Assembly (NCBI RefSeq): GCF_009914755.1
Contig: NC_060930.1
Length of the DNA stretch: 64,000 bases
Reading direction: 5' to 3' (one strand)
DNA from: the human T2T-CHM13v2.0 reference genome, Homo sapiens
Position numbers and translations under genes: made by a program. This document shows, one piece after another, positions 13,625 through 25,818 of the stretch (position 1 is the stretch's first letter; each line of letters starts with the position of its first letter). Under the pieces are notes generated by a model, which searched no databases, was not told the origin of the DNA, and saw nothing but the letters and a program-made list of their open reading frames with translations.

Positions 13625-15369
13625 GTAAGAATTTTTTCTTTATAGCCATAGTTTTTTTATATTTAGTGGGATGTTGCCATCTGAATTACTAAGTATACTT
13701 AGTAAGTTGGGATTATTATTTCAAGCTGTTGAACCTCTAACATTATACAAAGGTGGTAGAGATATGTCTTGTTGTCTCTTTGTATTATTTTGAGTCTTTT
13801 CTCAGATCTTTGCAAATAGACTGTATCAAAGTTACCTATAAGAACATTGATACATATTGGTAAATCTGGTTGTAATATTTTCCATATTAGGCTTTAAGTT
13901 ATTTAACTTAATTGTAAGAGTGGTTGGAATACTAGGAATGAAGCTTGCTTCTAGTGCTTAGAGGCCACTTCTAGAAAGCATATGAAATTGTGGAAACACA
14001 TCAACCTAATGAGAATTAAGGATTGGAGTTATGAGGATTTTTTTTTTTGTAAAGAAATGTGTTGTATGTTTTTATTAAATCAGTTACTTTTTTTTCCCTA
14101 AACAATTCTGCAGTGCCCAAGGTTCTGTGAGGGTATGTGAATGGACTAGTAGGGGGAAGATGTTGGAGGAGGCAGGGGTAGAAGTTGGGAGAATGGAAGA
14201 AGGATGAATGGTGAAAGTCTGTGGGTCTCTTGTTTCAAACAGAAGTTATTAGTTGTATATATTGGGGTAATAAACAAAAACATAATTTTAGAATATGTTA
14301 GATACAAATGTATCATTTTAGTAAAATGATTCCCCTTGACAAAATTTAAAAACTAGTATTTTAGATTATGAATTGCAAACTTGCAAGCAGCATTTGAAAT
14401 CATGTTGATCAGTGTCCTAAACAATGTAAGAATCTCCTTTAACAGTCCTGATGATACAGTTTATTTATCCAGTATTTTAATGCTTTCTGTAATGAGAAGT
14501 TAACTAATTGTTATTATTGTGTGTTCTTTTGTTGAGCTGAATCCTGTTTCCTTTATTTTCTATTAATATACACTGACCCATGTTTTGCTTTCTGAAGCAA
14601 GGAATCAAATTTACTCCGCTATCTTTAGAGATGTAGCTTTTCATTATTTGAAGACAGGTATCATTCTTCCCCTTAGGTTTATTTGCTTCAGATGAAGTAC
14701 ACTTTTTTCCAACTGTTTCAAGACTTCTCACCATCCTGTTTGGCTCTTTTGGGATGCCCTTTTTATTGTTAATGTCTTACCTTGTGGCACCCAGAATCCC
14801 AGGTGTATTCCAGGTGTGAATTTCCAAGAATATAGTTAAACTATTATTTTTTCTTATTTAAACAGTATCTGTCTCTGTTAACATACCTAATAATGTATAT
14901 GATTTTCTAAAGGAAGAATATTAGTTTTATAAATTTTATGGTCAATTACAATGGTAGATTTCACACATACTGATTGATAGACTGTTTTTCTATCTCATAG
15001 TAAGAGAAGGAGTTAAAGTAACAATGTTTAAATGTTTAAACTTTTTATAAATATTGAGATTTTCTTAATATGCTCTAATGAAAAAGCAGTAATTTATATG
15101 TATTTAACAGCCTGAGATGGTAATATCAGATCTTCAGCAGAGCATCTCTGACACGTTATCCATCTATTGATGTACAATTGAAGAATGTATTTTTCTTTTA
15201 ATAATTAATGTTCTCAAGTATTCTACTTTAAGTATTAAAATTGCAAAAGAAAACATGCAGTAGAATATGTTTTATTGAATTGACTTTTTTGTTTTCTTTG
15301 AATACTCAGTTATTTTCATAGTATCTTTAGTGGGTTTTAAAATATGTTTCCACCTGTTTTTCCTTTTAG

Positions 15370-15487
15370 TTCTCACGTTTCAGAATCTGTGAACAATTCC
15401 ATTTTTCATCAGATAGCAGAACAACTACAACAGCAAAACCTAGAACATCTCAGACAGCAGCTCTTGGAGCAGCAACAGCCTCAAAAG
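15370..15487 (+). CDS. SCAF8: SCAF8 coding exon 9
   Basis: ccttttag| acceptor, AAG|gtttat donor; SHVSESVNNSIFHQIAEQLQQQNLEHLRQQLLEQQQPQK; 118 nt, phase 2-0. Confidence 0.95.
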
Positions 15488-17443
15488 GTTTATAACCCCA
15501 TCTTGTGGTCTTTAGAGTTATTACTATTTATATTCTATAAATTGGCATTTTTGTGGGTTGGCTTTTTTTTTTTTTAATTGGTCTTAATAGAATATTTTCT
15601 CAACTATTTAGCTTTTACCAGCTACTTTATTTCTTTCTAAAGTTTGTTATGGTGATATTTTTTCAACTCTTATTAGTAAGACCATTTTTTTCAGGACCTT
15701 TATGGTTTTTTCTGTAATCAAATTGTGTTCTGGTAACTTATGAATGCACATTGTAGAAATTAATTTCAGTGTACTGGAAGTAGAGAACAGGATGGAGGGG
15801 GTTTCAGAATTACCACTTAAAACTAAACGTGTTTTTCTCTCTGTTCCCTATCAAGCAAGTTGATGATTATGTTAATGGTGACAATGATGATGGCCATGTA
15901 GATTGCTATCTTTAATTTTTAAAACGTATTTGCTGTTAGCATGTAGCAGGAGCTTTATTAGGTATGTGGTAGGCTTGTATACATTTAACCCTCAGGCGAT
16001 GGGCATTATGACTCCCATTTTATCCCAGAGGAAGTGGAAGCTTGGTGAGATTAAACATCTCATGCAGCAGTGTACAGCTAGTGTTATATATTATCTGACT
16101 CAAGATGTGCGGTTATTTTATGCATAGCTAAGAATTTTAAAACATCGATAACTAAATGTAACATCCTTTTGAGTTGTAAGGATCCTTTAAGTTCATCTTA
16201 CGAATTTGATAATCTTTGACAAAATATTGCACCTTAGAACTGATAAAATATGTTAAGTTGTAGAGCTAGGATTAAATTTATTTCAAAGCCTTTTTCTGCT
16301 GTATGTGAGAAATGGTTACGCATGTAAACTGTTCAGAATAAAAGTATTAGGAAACCCCCTTTCCCTCCCCAGCATACATCCTAATATTAAAAAAGTTTTG
16401 GCATTAATGAGTTTAACAAAAATATCACAAAATATTTTTGAGTATGTGTTACTTGTTAGGCAAGTGTTACATACAGAGATGAACAGAAATGAGGTTGTGG
16501 CATCAGGTAACCTCTTCTCTAATGGAGCACGTACATCTGTATGAACACCTGGCAGAATTCTTTATTTTTGTCATAGAGGTACAGCTGAAGGATTCTAGGA
16601 GCATGGAGGGGGGAACAGTTATTTTAGATGGAAGAGATAGCAAACTTGAGACATTGGGGTCTGAACTTGACTTTTTAATGCAAACAGTAATATAAAATGG
16701 ATGTTAATGATATTTGCTGCATTGGAACTCATGCCTAGAATTATGAGAATGGAATTTCATACCTTTTTTTTGAAGAAACAATTCTGATATAAGTGGCCAG
16801 AGTAGGGGCAGTATTTTATGTCAAGCAAATGTATCTGCCTGAGAACCCAGAAGTTGAAGATAGAACACAATTAAGAACATTTAGATGTTGTTTAAAGAAA
16901 AAACAAAGTTGTAACTCAAAACAAACAGCTCGTCAGTGATGTAATAATACAAAAATCACAGAACTGCTAAGAGAGGCAGGAGGTAGTCGTGATGGAAGAA
17001 TTTATCCAAACAACAGATTTGTTGAGCTATAAATGTAACACTTTGTGAATTGCTTTAGTCATAGTTTCATTTTAGAAGGTTTAGCAGAAGCACTGTAATC
17101 GTAGTACTTTATGTTTTTAATGGTCTCTCTCTTAGCAGAATCAAGTAGTCTTAACAAGCTTGTAATTAGCACCATGTTATTGAAGTAAAAATAAACTTGA
17201 GAGAGAGCGAGTCTGTTGTAAGAATCTCACCTACCAAAAAGAGAGAACTCTGGGCTTAGTTAATTACTCTATATATCAGTTCCAAAATTTCACAGCTTAG
17301 AATAATAAGATCCCTTTGAAAGGAATAGAAGTTCTGAAAAACCTCATTGTTCAAAAATGAATCTAATGAAGAAAAGAGAGTGGTAAAACTAGAACTGTTT
17401 TTATAAGGTAGATAGTATAAAACCTATGAGAGATTTAGAATGC

Positions 17444-17678
17444 AGATCTCGGCTCACTGCTACCTCCGCCTCTCAGGTTCAAGCAGTTCTCTGCCTCAGC
17501 CTCCTGAGTAGCTGGGATTACAGGCATCCGCCACCGTGCCCTGCTAATTTTTCTGTATTTTCAGTAGAGACGGGTTTCACCATCTTGGCCAGGCTGGTCT
17601 TGAACTTCTCACCTCGTGATCCACCCGCCTCAGCCTCCCAAAGTACTGGGATTACTGGCGTGAGCCACTGTGCCTGGC
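17444..17678 (-). mobile_element. Alu lacking its 3' end and tail
   Basis: Starts abruptly at agatctcggctcactgc and runs to cctggcc. Confidence 0.88.
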
Positions 17679-18070
17679 CTGTTTTTTCTTTGTAGCATTT
17701 TTTATTAATGCCAATTATCAGTGAAAATCTAGATTCATTTAACTGACTGCCATTATGTATTTTTCATGCTATAATTTATTTATTAGTCCTCTGTAGTTTA
17801 TATTTTCACAATTGAAAATTTACTTGATTTTACCATTTTAATATTTTAGTCCCTTCCTTTTATGGAGCTGTTCTCTGCTTTTATATAAAAATGAGTTTAT
17901 ACAAATGTTTAATTTTGGATTGATTACTTTATAAATGATTTAACATGGAATTTCTTTTATGTATGGCTCATGTTTTTAAACATGTAATTGTGATGTTTGC
18001 TGTGTTTACATTTTCATTCATAACAAAAAGTATCTCCCAATCTTTGTGTGTTTGTATATGTTCTCAATAG

Positions 18071-18202
18071 GCCACTCCTCAGGATAGTCAGGAAGGAACC
18101 TTTGGGTCAGAGCATTCAGCGTCACCATCACAAGGGAGTAGTCAGCAGCATTTTCTTGAACCTGAAGTCAATTTGGATGATTCCATAGATATTCAGCAAC
18201 AG
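18071..18202 (+). CDS. SCAF8: SCAF8 coding exon 10
   Basis: ctcaatag| acceptor, CAG|gtaaaa donor; ATPQDSQEGTFGSEH...DDSIDIQQQ; 132 nt, phase 0-0. Confidence 0.95.
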
Positions 18203-18339
18203 GTAAAAGTAAATGTTTTTCTGGGTCATAAATTTCTAAAAGTAGCTAAAGAAATCATAAAATATTTTATACTAGCAGTGCCCTGAATATATTTTTCCCA
18301 CACTTAAGCTCCACTTTGTAATTGTTTCACCTATTAGGC

Positions 18340-18576
18340 CAAGCTTGTCCAAGGCCTAAGCATGGCCCCTAGGCCAAGCACATGGCCCAGAACTGCTTTG
18401 AATGCAGCCCAACACAAATTTGTAAACTTTCTTAAAACAATATGAGATTTGTTTTTGCGATTTTTTTTTTTTTTTAAGCTTATCAGCTGTCATTAGTGTT
18501 AGTATATTTTACGTGTGGCCAAAGACATTACTTCTTCTAATGGGGCCCAGGGAAGCCAAAAGATTGGACACCCCTG
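18340..18576 (-). mobile_element. MER30 (hAT-Charlie) MITE
   Basis: Ends caagcttgtccaa / ttggacacccctg; perfect 8-bp TSD TATTAGGC (18332-18339, 18577-18584). Confidence 0.9.
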
Positions 18577-18686
18577 TATTAGGCATTAATGCTCCCATCG
18601 TCAATATTTTTAAAAACAGAATTGTCAATGTATAACTCTGTCTCAACCAGCCTTTCTGTTTGTTTGCTGTTCTTTTGACTTTCAAG

Positions 18687-18799
18687 GATATGGATATAGA
18701 TGAAGGGCAAGATGGAGTGGAAGAGGAGGTCTTTGAACAAGAAGCTAAGAAAGTGGCGGTTCGCTCAAGATCAAGAACACATTCACGATCTCGTTCAAG
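18687..18799 (+). CDS. SCAF8: SCAF8 coding exon 11 (acidic segment, start of RS domain)
   Basis: ctttcaag| acceptor, weak AAG|gttcta donor; DMDIDEGQDGVEEEVFEQEAKKVAVRSRSRTHSRSRS; 113 nt, phase 0-2. Confidence 0.93.
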
Positions 18800-20015
18800 G
18801 TTCTACAATGATATTTAATAATAGCCGTGTGTGAACTTTAAAATGTTGGCTTTATTTCTTTGCATCAGGATGAAAGGAAATGTTTCCTTGGGATGACATA
18901 TTTTTTCTCAGTCTCTCGGAAAAAAAGTTATTCCAAAAACAAGATAACCTTTGTTCTGTTTTAATTGGTATATCTGTGGCTATTTATTTCAGTAATTTAC
19001 ATAAGATTGGCAGCCATATCATGAGACAGGGATTTTGAATTATATTTTATTTTAGTTAATATTATGATGACACCCAATTTAGAATATTGTTGCCCCTGAA
19101 CAACAGTTAAGTCAGGCCATATTTCCTGGATTCCACTCATCTCACAGTGATACCAAAAATGGTTATAAAAATGAAACTACAAAATTTATTTTTATAAACA
19201 TTAACTGTAATACCAAACCGTTAGGAAACAGTTTTCTTTATGAGCTTAACTTAAAGACATCAGTCTTTAACATTTTTGTATCCTATTTTTTGCGTATGAA
19301 TGCCCCTGAAAATCTGAACAGTAAATGGTGTAAGAGGGGCAGTACGTTTGATGAGTTTTTCAGTCATTTCTTTTTCTTGTCACAAAGTTCTTTATATTTA
19401 TCTATTGCAAATGAGAGCCTGTCAGTTCAACTTTCTCTAAACCCACCGCGTATCACTGAATTATTTTCCTGAAGCATTAACAATCTTAATGCTGAAGATA
19501 TCTTCATTTGTCATTAGCAGCATCTTACTAAGCATTTTGAAGAGAGCTCAATGGCATGTGGTTGACAGGCAAAAAAGAAAGTGTTTCAGTGTCACCTTCT
19601 ACAAGCACCATAAAATTTTATAAGTTGGAAACTACTAAGCAGAATTATGTAGTGGCCTAATGCTCTGACACTTAAATGGTCTTTTAATTTTCTTTGGTCT
19701 TTCATTCCTGTTCTTCTGTTTGAAAAATGAGTTGGAATGCACTAAGAGAAAGTGAGGCCCTTTCTAGAATCTTTTTCCTCTTCATTGTGAATAGTCACCC
19801 ATACTCAGAATCATTGCCAACTAATATGGACCTAAGCAGCACACGGATTTAAGTAAAATGCATTTTTGAGACTTGATTTTACTTCAGAATATTTTAACAT
19901 ATTGTCACTAAATATAAGACAACTTTTTTGTTATTGTTTTTTCCCTCACTTAGAAGTGACAGATTTGGTAGAAAGAAAACATTGTCATTAGAAGTAAAAT
20001 GAAAATTTTTTGTAG

Positions 20016-20209
20016 ATCACCAAGAAAACGAAGGTCTAGGTCACGGTCTGGCTCTAGAAAGCGTAAACACAGAAAGCGATCACGCTCCCGCTCAAGAGAA
20101 AGAAAGAGGAAATCATCACGGTCGTATTCAAGTGAAAGGAGAGCCAGAGAAAGGGAGAAAGAACGACAGAAAAAGGGATTACCTCCAATTAGATCTAAAA
20201 CACTAAGTG
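20016..20209 (+). CDS. SCAF8: SCAF8 coding exon 12 (RS domain)
   Basis: ttttgtag| acceptor, GTG|gtaagt donor; SPRKRRSRSRSGSRKRK...GLPPIRSKTLS; 194 nt, phase 2-1. Confidence 0.97.
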
Positions 20210-21396
20210 GTAAGTAACATATATCTGCAACGCTTTGGTTTCAATTAATATTTAAAAAATAGTTATCTGCTACAAAGTCTCTCAGCCAAATTTTATTTTC
20301 AGATTAAGGTTAAAAGTGGTTTGGTAAATGAGTAATGTCTCTGGTTTTTGTAACATGATAGAGAAGAGAAGAAGAAGGAAGAACAGATTCCATTCAAATA
20401 CCAAGGTCATTGAGGGTTGATTTTTTGTTTGTTTTTCAAATGCAAGTTAGAAAATACATATTGACTGAAAAAGCAGACTAGGCTGGTATCTGTAGCATGG
20501 ACACAGTGACTTCTGTCTATAGTATTCTTAGCAATTATGGCCACCAGGTCTGTAGGAATAATTATTAAAGGAAGCATATACTTAGCTATATCTAATTTTT
20601 AAAGTAATTATAATGTTAATGGGTTAGCACTACAGGATAATTCCTACTGTACAAACCTTGCACGGTTACATGTTAGTCAATTACGTATGATTAGAACAGA
20701 TTCGGTAGTGGTGGGGTTTGGTTTTGGAGCAGGTGTGGGGAGGGTTCACTTGGTAGGAATGTTAAGCACAGCAAAATAAGTTTTAATTAGTGCCAAATTT
20801 TGCCTAGGGTATTCTTGGTGGGTTATGACTTTTAAGATGAACTAAGAGTTTACATATGGGCAAAGAAGTACATAAAATCGAACAAATTGTCATTCTTTCC
20901 AAAGAGCTAAACATTGATTGTGTTATCTAATTTCTGAAGACTTCCACGTAAATTCCCTCTGCCAGGGAGTTAGAAAAATAATTGGTATAATTTGTGCTAC
21001 TAGAGCGTCTTGGAAACCCAGGCCTATAATAAAAGGCAATAGCCATCTTCTTACTAAGTTTTGGGAGTTCTTGTAGGCCTTGGCTATCTTGCATGAATTT
21101 TACCTGGTTGTGAGAGCTAGTGTCAACCTGATAATATTGATTATCCTTGCTCTAGAAGTTTGTTTGTCCCTTAGGGTGATGGTATACATCTAAACATTTT
21201 AGTGCTGGCTGATAAAAGAAATAATGTCAAACGTTTAACCACAAAAATCTCTACTGTGCTTTCTCGCATGATTACCATTAAGACGTTCAGAATTATCTAT
21301 TTATTTGCCATTATTAGAGTAAGGATTTTATATGGAGTCGCTCTCATTTAATTTCTCACTTAATTTGTCATGTTGTTGATTTCACTGTTTACACAG

Positions 21397-22004
21397 TTTT
21401 TTTTTTTTTAACCATTTAATTTTCTATTTCATTTTCCTTTAAGTTCTGGGATACATGTGCTGAACGTGCAGGTTTGTTACATAGGTACACAGGTGCCATG
21501 GTGGTTTGCTGCACCCATCAACCCGTCATCTAAGTTTTTTCTTTTTTTTAAATTATACTTTAAGTTCTAGGGTACTTGTGTACAAAGTGCAGGTCTGTTA
21601 CATAGGTATACATGTACTATGTTGGTTTGCTGCACACATCAACTTGTCGTTTACATTAGGTATTTCTCCTAATGCTACCCTTCCCCCAACCCCCCATCCC
21701 CCTGACAGACCCCAGTGTGTGATGCTCCCCGCCCTGTGTCCAAGTGTTCTCATTGTTCAATTCTCACCTATGAGTGAGAACATGTAGTGTTTGGTTTTCT
21801 GTCCTTGTGATAGTTTGCTGAGAATGGTAGTTTCCAGCTTCATTCATGTCCCTGCAAAGGACATGAACTCATCCTTTTTTATGGCTGCATAGTATTCCAT
21901 AGTGTATATGTGCCACATTTTCTTAATCCAGTCTATCATTGATGGACATTTGGATTGGTTCCAAATCTTTGCTACTGTGAGTAGTGCCGCAGTAAATACG
22001 TGTG
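21397..22004 (-). mobile_element. Composite of two L1PA 3' ends
   Basis: Short L1 3' end about 21421-21533 and longer L1PA 3' UTR about 21535-22004, each with a T tract; shared outer TSD CTGTTTACA(C/T)AGTTTT. Confidence 0.9.
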
Positions 22005-22123
22005 CTGTTTACATAGTTTTTAACTGTGGAATTTATTTTTTATTTCTGTTTTATTTTCATGGGCACAACAAACAGCAAAAAAGAAAATAAAAAGCACGTG
22101 AATAAAAAACGCATAACCAAATA

Positions 22124-22517
22124 CAGGCATACCTTGTTTTATTGCACTTCACTCCATTGTGCTTTGAAGATACTGCCTTTTTTTTTTTTTTTTTTTTTTT
22201 AAATAGGTTGAAGGGTTGTGACCACCCTATGTTGAGTACCTCTCTTGGCACTATTTTTCCAATAGCAGGTGCCTACTTTGTCTCTATGTCAGCTTTTTTT
22301 TTTTTTTTTTTTTTTGCAAAAAGTATTTTAAAATTAGGGTATGTACATTTTTGTTTTTAGACATAATGCTGTTGCACACTTAATAGGTTACAGTGTAGTG
22401 TAAACATATCTTTTGTGTGCACTGGGAAGAACAACTTATGTGCCTTAACCTTACTGTGATATCTGCTTTATTGTGGTGGTCTGGAACCAAAGTTGCAGTA
22501 GCTCCAAGGTATGCCTA
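22124..22517 (+). mobile_element. Tigger1 internal-deletion derivative
   Basis: TA|caggcatacctt ... aaggtatgccta|TA termini; both Tigger1 end regions present, no transposase. Confidence 0.85.
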
Positions 22518-22917
22518 TACAGTGAAAAATAATCTCTGATTGTTTACCTCACAACTCTCCTTATTCAAAAGCAGTATCAATTTCCTGTGGTTTGTATTCT
22601 TTCTTAACACATTTTAAACATATGGTAGTGTTTTCATACGATTTATTGGTCTTTAGCATGGATTTTAGAACATAAGGTTTTCGTGAATAGTCTAGGGGAT
22701 ATAAAGCACCAGTGAATAATAACATTCCAGGAATCAAGTGTCCCTTCTGCATGGGATGACAAGAATCATTAATGCTTTCTGGGGAAAATAATGGAGTTTC
22801 CTATGGGAAAAATGTGTAGAGAGATAATATTGAAAGAGATGGGAAATACAGAACAGAGTTCAGGGAGATTAAGGCAGCTGGAATATGCAGAACCAGTAAT
22901 AAAGAGGAAAAAGAGAA

Positions 22918-23540
22918 TGCCAGGTGCAGCGGCTCACACCTGTAATCCAAGCTACTTTGGGAGGCACAGGCCAGCAGATTGTTTGAGGCCAGGAGTTTAA
23001 GACCAGCCTGAGCAACAAAGTGAGATGCCATCACTACCGCCAAAAAAAAAAAAAAAATTAGTTCGGCAAGGTGGTTCACACTTCTGTAGTCCCAGCTACT
23101 CAAGAAAGAGGTGGGAGAATCACTTGTGCCTAGGAGGTTGAGAAGCTGCAGTGGGATATGATTGTGCCACTGCACTCCAACCTGAGGAACAGAGCAAGAC
23201 CCTATATCAAAACAAAACAAAACAAAAAACAGAAGAATCCTTAAGGCTGAGTATACTGGCTCAAACCTATAATCCCAGTACTTTGGAAGGCCAAGGCGGG
23301 AGGATTGCTTGAGGCCAGGAATTTGAGACCAGCCTGGGAAGAGCAAAACCATGTCTGTACTAAAAATAAAAACTTAGCCAAGCATGGTGATGGTGTGCCT
23401 ATAGTTTCAGCTTTTGTGGAGGCTGAGACAGGAGGAGGCCTTAAATCCAGGGAGTAGGAGGCTGCAGTGAGCTATAATTAGGACATTGCACTCTAGCCTC
23501 AGCCTGGGTGACAGAGCAAGACCTCGTCTCCAAAAATAAA
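22918..23540 (+). mobile_element. Two tandem AluJ elements (22918-23230, 23245-23540)
   Basis: Two diverged sense Alus. Confidence 0.88.
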
Positions 23541-23591
23541 GGGGCGGGGGGATCTTTTCCATGACAGAGCCCCAGACTTCTGTTAAGGTTT

Positions 23592-24056
23592 TGTGGTAGA
23601 TTGGATAATGGCCCCCTAAAAGGTATCTACATTTAAATCATTGGGATTTTTAAATATGTTACATTGTATGGCAAAAGGGACTTTTCAGGCCCTTTTAAAT
23701 TAAAGATCATGAGGTGGGGAGATGAACCTGGATTATCCAGAAGGCCCAGTTTAATTACACGGGTACATAAGAGGGAAGCAAGTACGTTGAAGAGAAAAGG
23801 TGATGTGATAATGAAAGGAGAGAGAATTTGGGAAATGTGGAGGTGGTTTTGAAGACGAAGGACGGGACCATGAGCCAAGGAAGGCAGGCAGCTTGTAGAA
23901 CCTAGCAAAGGTAAGGAAACAGATTCTCCCCTAGAGCCCTCTAGAGGGAATGCGTACCTGCTGACCCATAGTAGATCTTCAGAACTATAAGAGAATATAT
24001 TTGTTTTATTCTAACTTCATGTTATTTTGTTATAGCAGCAATAAAAAACTGTTACA
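23592..24056 (+). mobile_element. MLT1-type (ERVL-MaLR) solo LTR
   Basis: tgtggtag...taatggcccc start, tatggcaaaagggacttt, gattctcccctagagcc, ttgttatagcagcaata...aca end. Confidence 0.8.
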
Positions 24057-24057
24057 A

Positions 24058-24340
24058 GGCTAGGCATGGTGGCTTGCCTCTGTAATTCCAGCACTTTGAA
24101 ATTACTTGAGACCAGGAGTTTGAGACCAGCCTGGGCAACGTGGTGAAACCACATCTCTGCTAAAGATACAACAAAAATTAGCTGAGCATGATGACGCACA
24201 CCTGTAGTCCCAGTTACTCGCGAGGCTGAGGATCACTTGAGCCCGGGAGGTGAAAGTTGCAGAGAGCTGAGATCGCATCACTGCACTCCAGCCTGGGCAA
24301 CAGAGTGAGACCTGTCTCAGAAACAAACAAACGAAAAACA
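24058..24340 (+). mobile_element. AluJ
   Basis: Sense Alu with small internal deletions. Confidence 0.88.
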
Positions 24341-25017
24341 AACCTAATGCAGAGCTCCTTGAGACTTTGGTTGAAGATTAAATTGAATATGCATAGGGTA
24401 AGACTTACAGGAGATAAACAGCTTGCAGGGAAAGAACAATGACCAGGGACTCTGTGTTAGCTAAGTGATTCCTAAAGCTTACACAGGTCTAGAAGATGTT
24501 AGAGTTCTGACTAGCCAGAGTGGAGAGACCTGGTTGAAAAGCCTAGGGCACTCAGTAGTGATCTTGCCAAGGGTACCTTCATGTGGGGCTAAATTAGCCA
24601 TAGAGTAAAACCTGCCTGAAACCTGTCTTATTATAGATCAAAGGTAGCCAGAAATGTGGACATTGACATAAATCCAAATATAACATATGAAAATTCTGCA
24701 AAGGTGTCAGCTATAAATATTTTTTAAATAAATGTCTTCTGTAAAAGGAGGCATTCGTGGAGGCATGAACTGTACAGCTGAAAGTAGGCAAGGTGTCTCA
24801 TGTTTAATATTTGTTAAGGGGATGTGGCTTTCAACAGTTAAGTATCTTTAAGTCTTTCAAGGGGTTAAGGGGTTCTGATTTGGCCATTTTCCCTTTGTAT
24901 CTTCCCAGAAAGGATTGTTTCCTTAAGGATAAGATGCTGTTTTTAGATTTATCTCTTGATTAGGGAGACACATTCACTTAATCCTTCCAGTACAGAAAGA
25001 CGCTTAAAAGGTTCACA

Positions 25018-25393
<376 letters not shown>

Positions 25394-25717
25394 TTACAAC
25401 TCTCAGTTCCTGTCTTTGACACTGCATGCCACTCATCCTCTTAGAATGGGACCCTGGCATCCACAGATGGTTCAGGTGTGCAGCCAAGCTTGAAAACAGG
25501 TGACATGTAAGTGGTTGACTTGGCAGAGATGTGAATTAATACTTGTGATTTTAGTTGTTTTTAAACATAACAGATGCAAGTGTTCATTGACAATTATTTT
25601 TAAATATATTATCTTAAATTTAATTATTATGTGTATTACTGCTTTTTCCTCAATTACTTTTCAAAGAAGTAACTATGTCTAAATGATTTAGGTCATTTGT
25701 CTCTTGTGTCTTGACAG

Positions 25718-25818
25718 TATGTAGTACTACTCTCTGGGTTGGGCAAGTGGACAAGAAGGCAACACAGCAAGACTTAACCAACCTGTTTGAAGAGTTTGGA
25801 CAGATTGAATCCATTAAT
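25718..25818 (+). CDS. SCAF8: SCAF8 coding exon 13 (RRM N-half, RNP2); GC donor
   Basis: ttgacag| acceptor; (V)CSTTLWVGQVDKKATQQDLTNLFEEFGQIESIN; frame with the next exon is kept only by AAT|gcaagt; 101 nt, phase 1-0. Confidence 0.93.
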
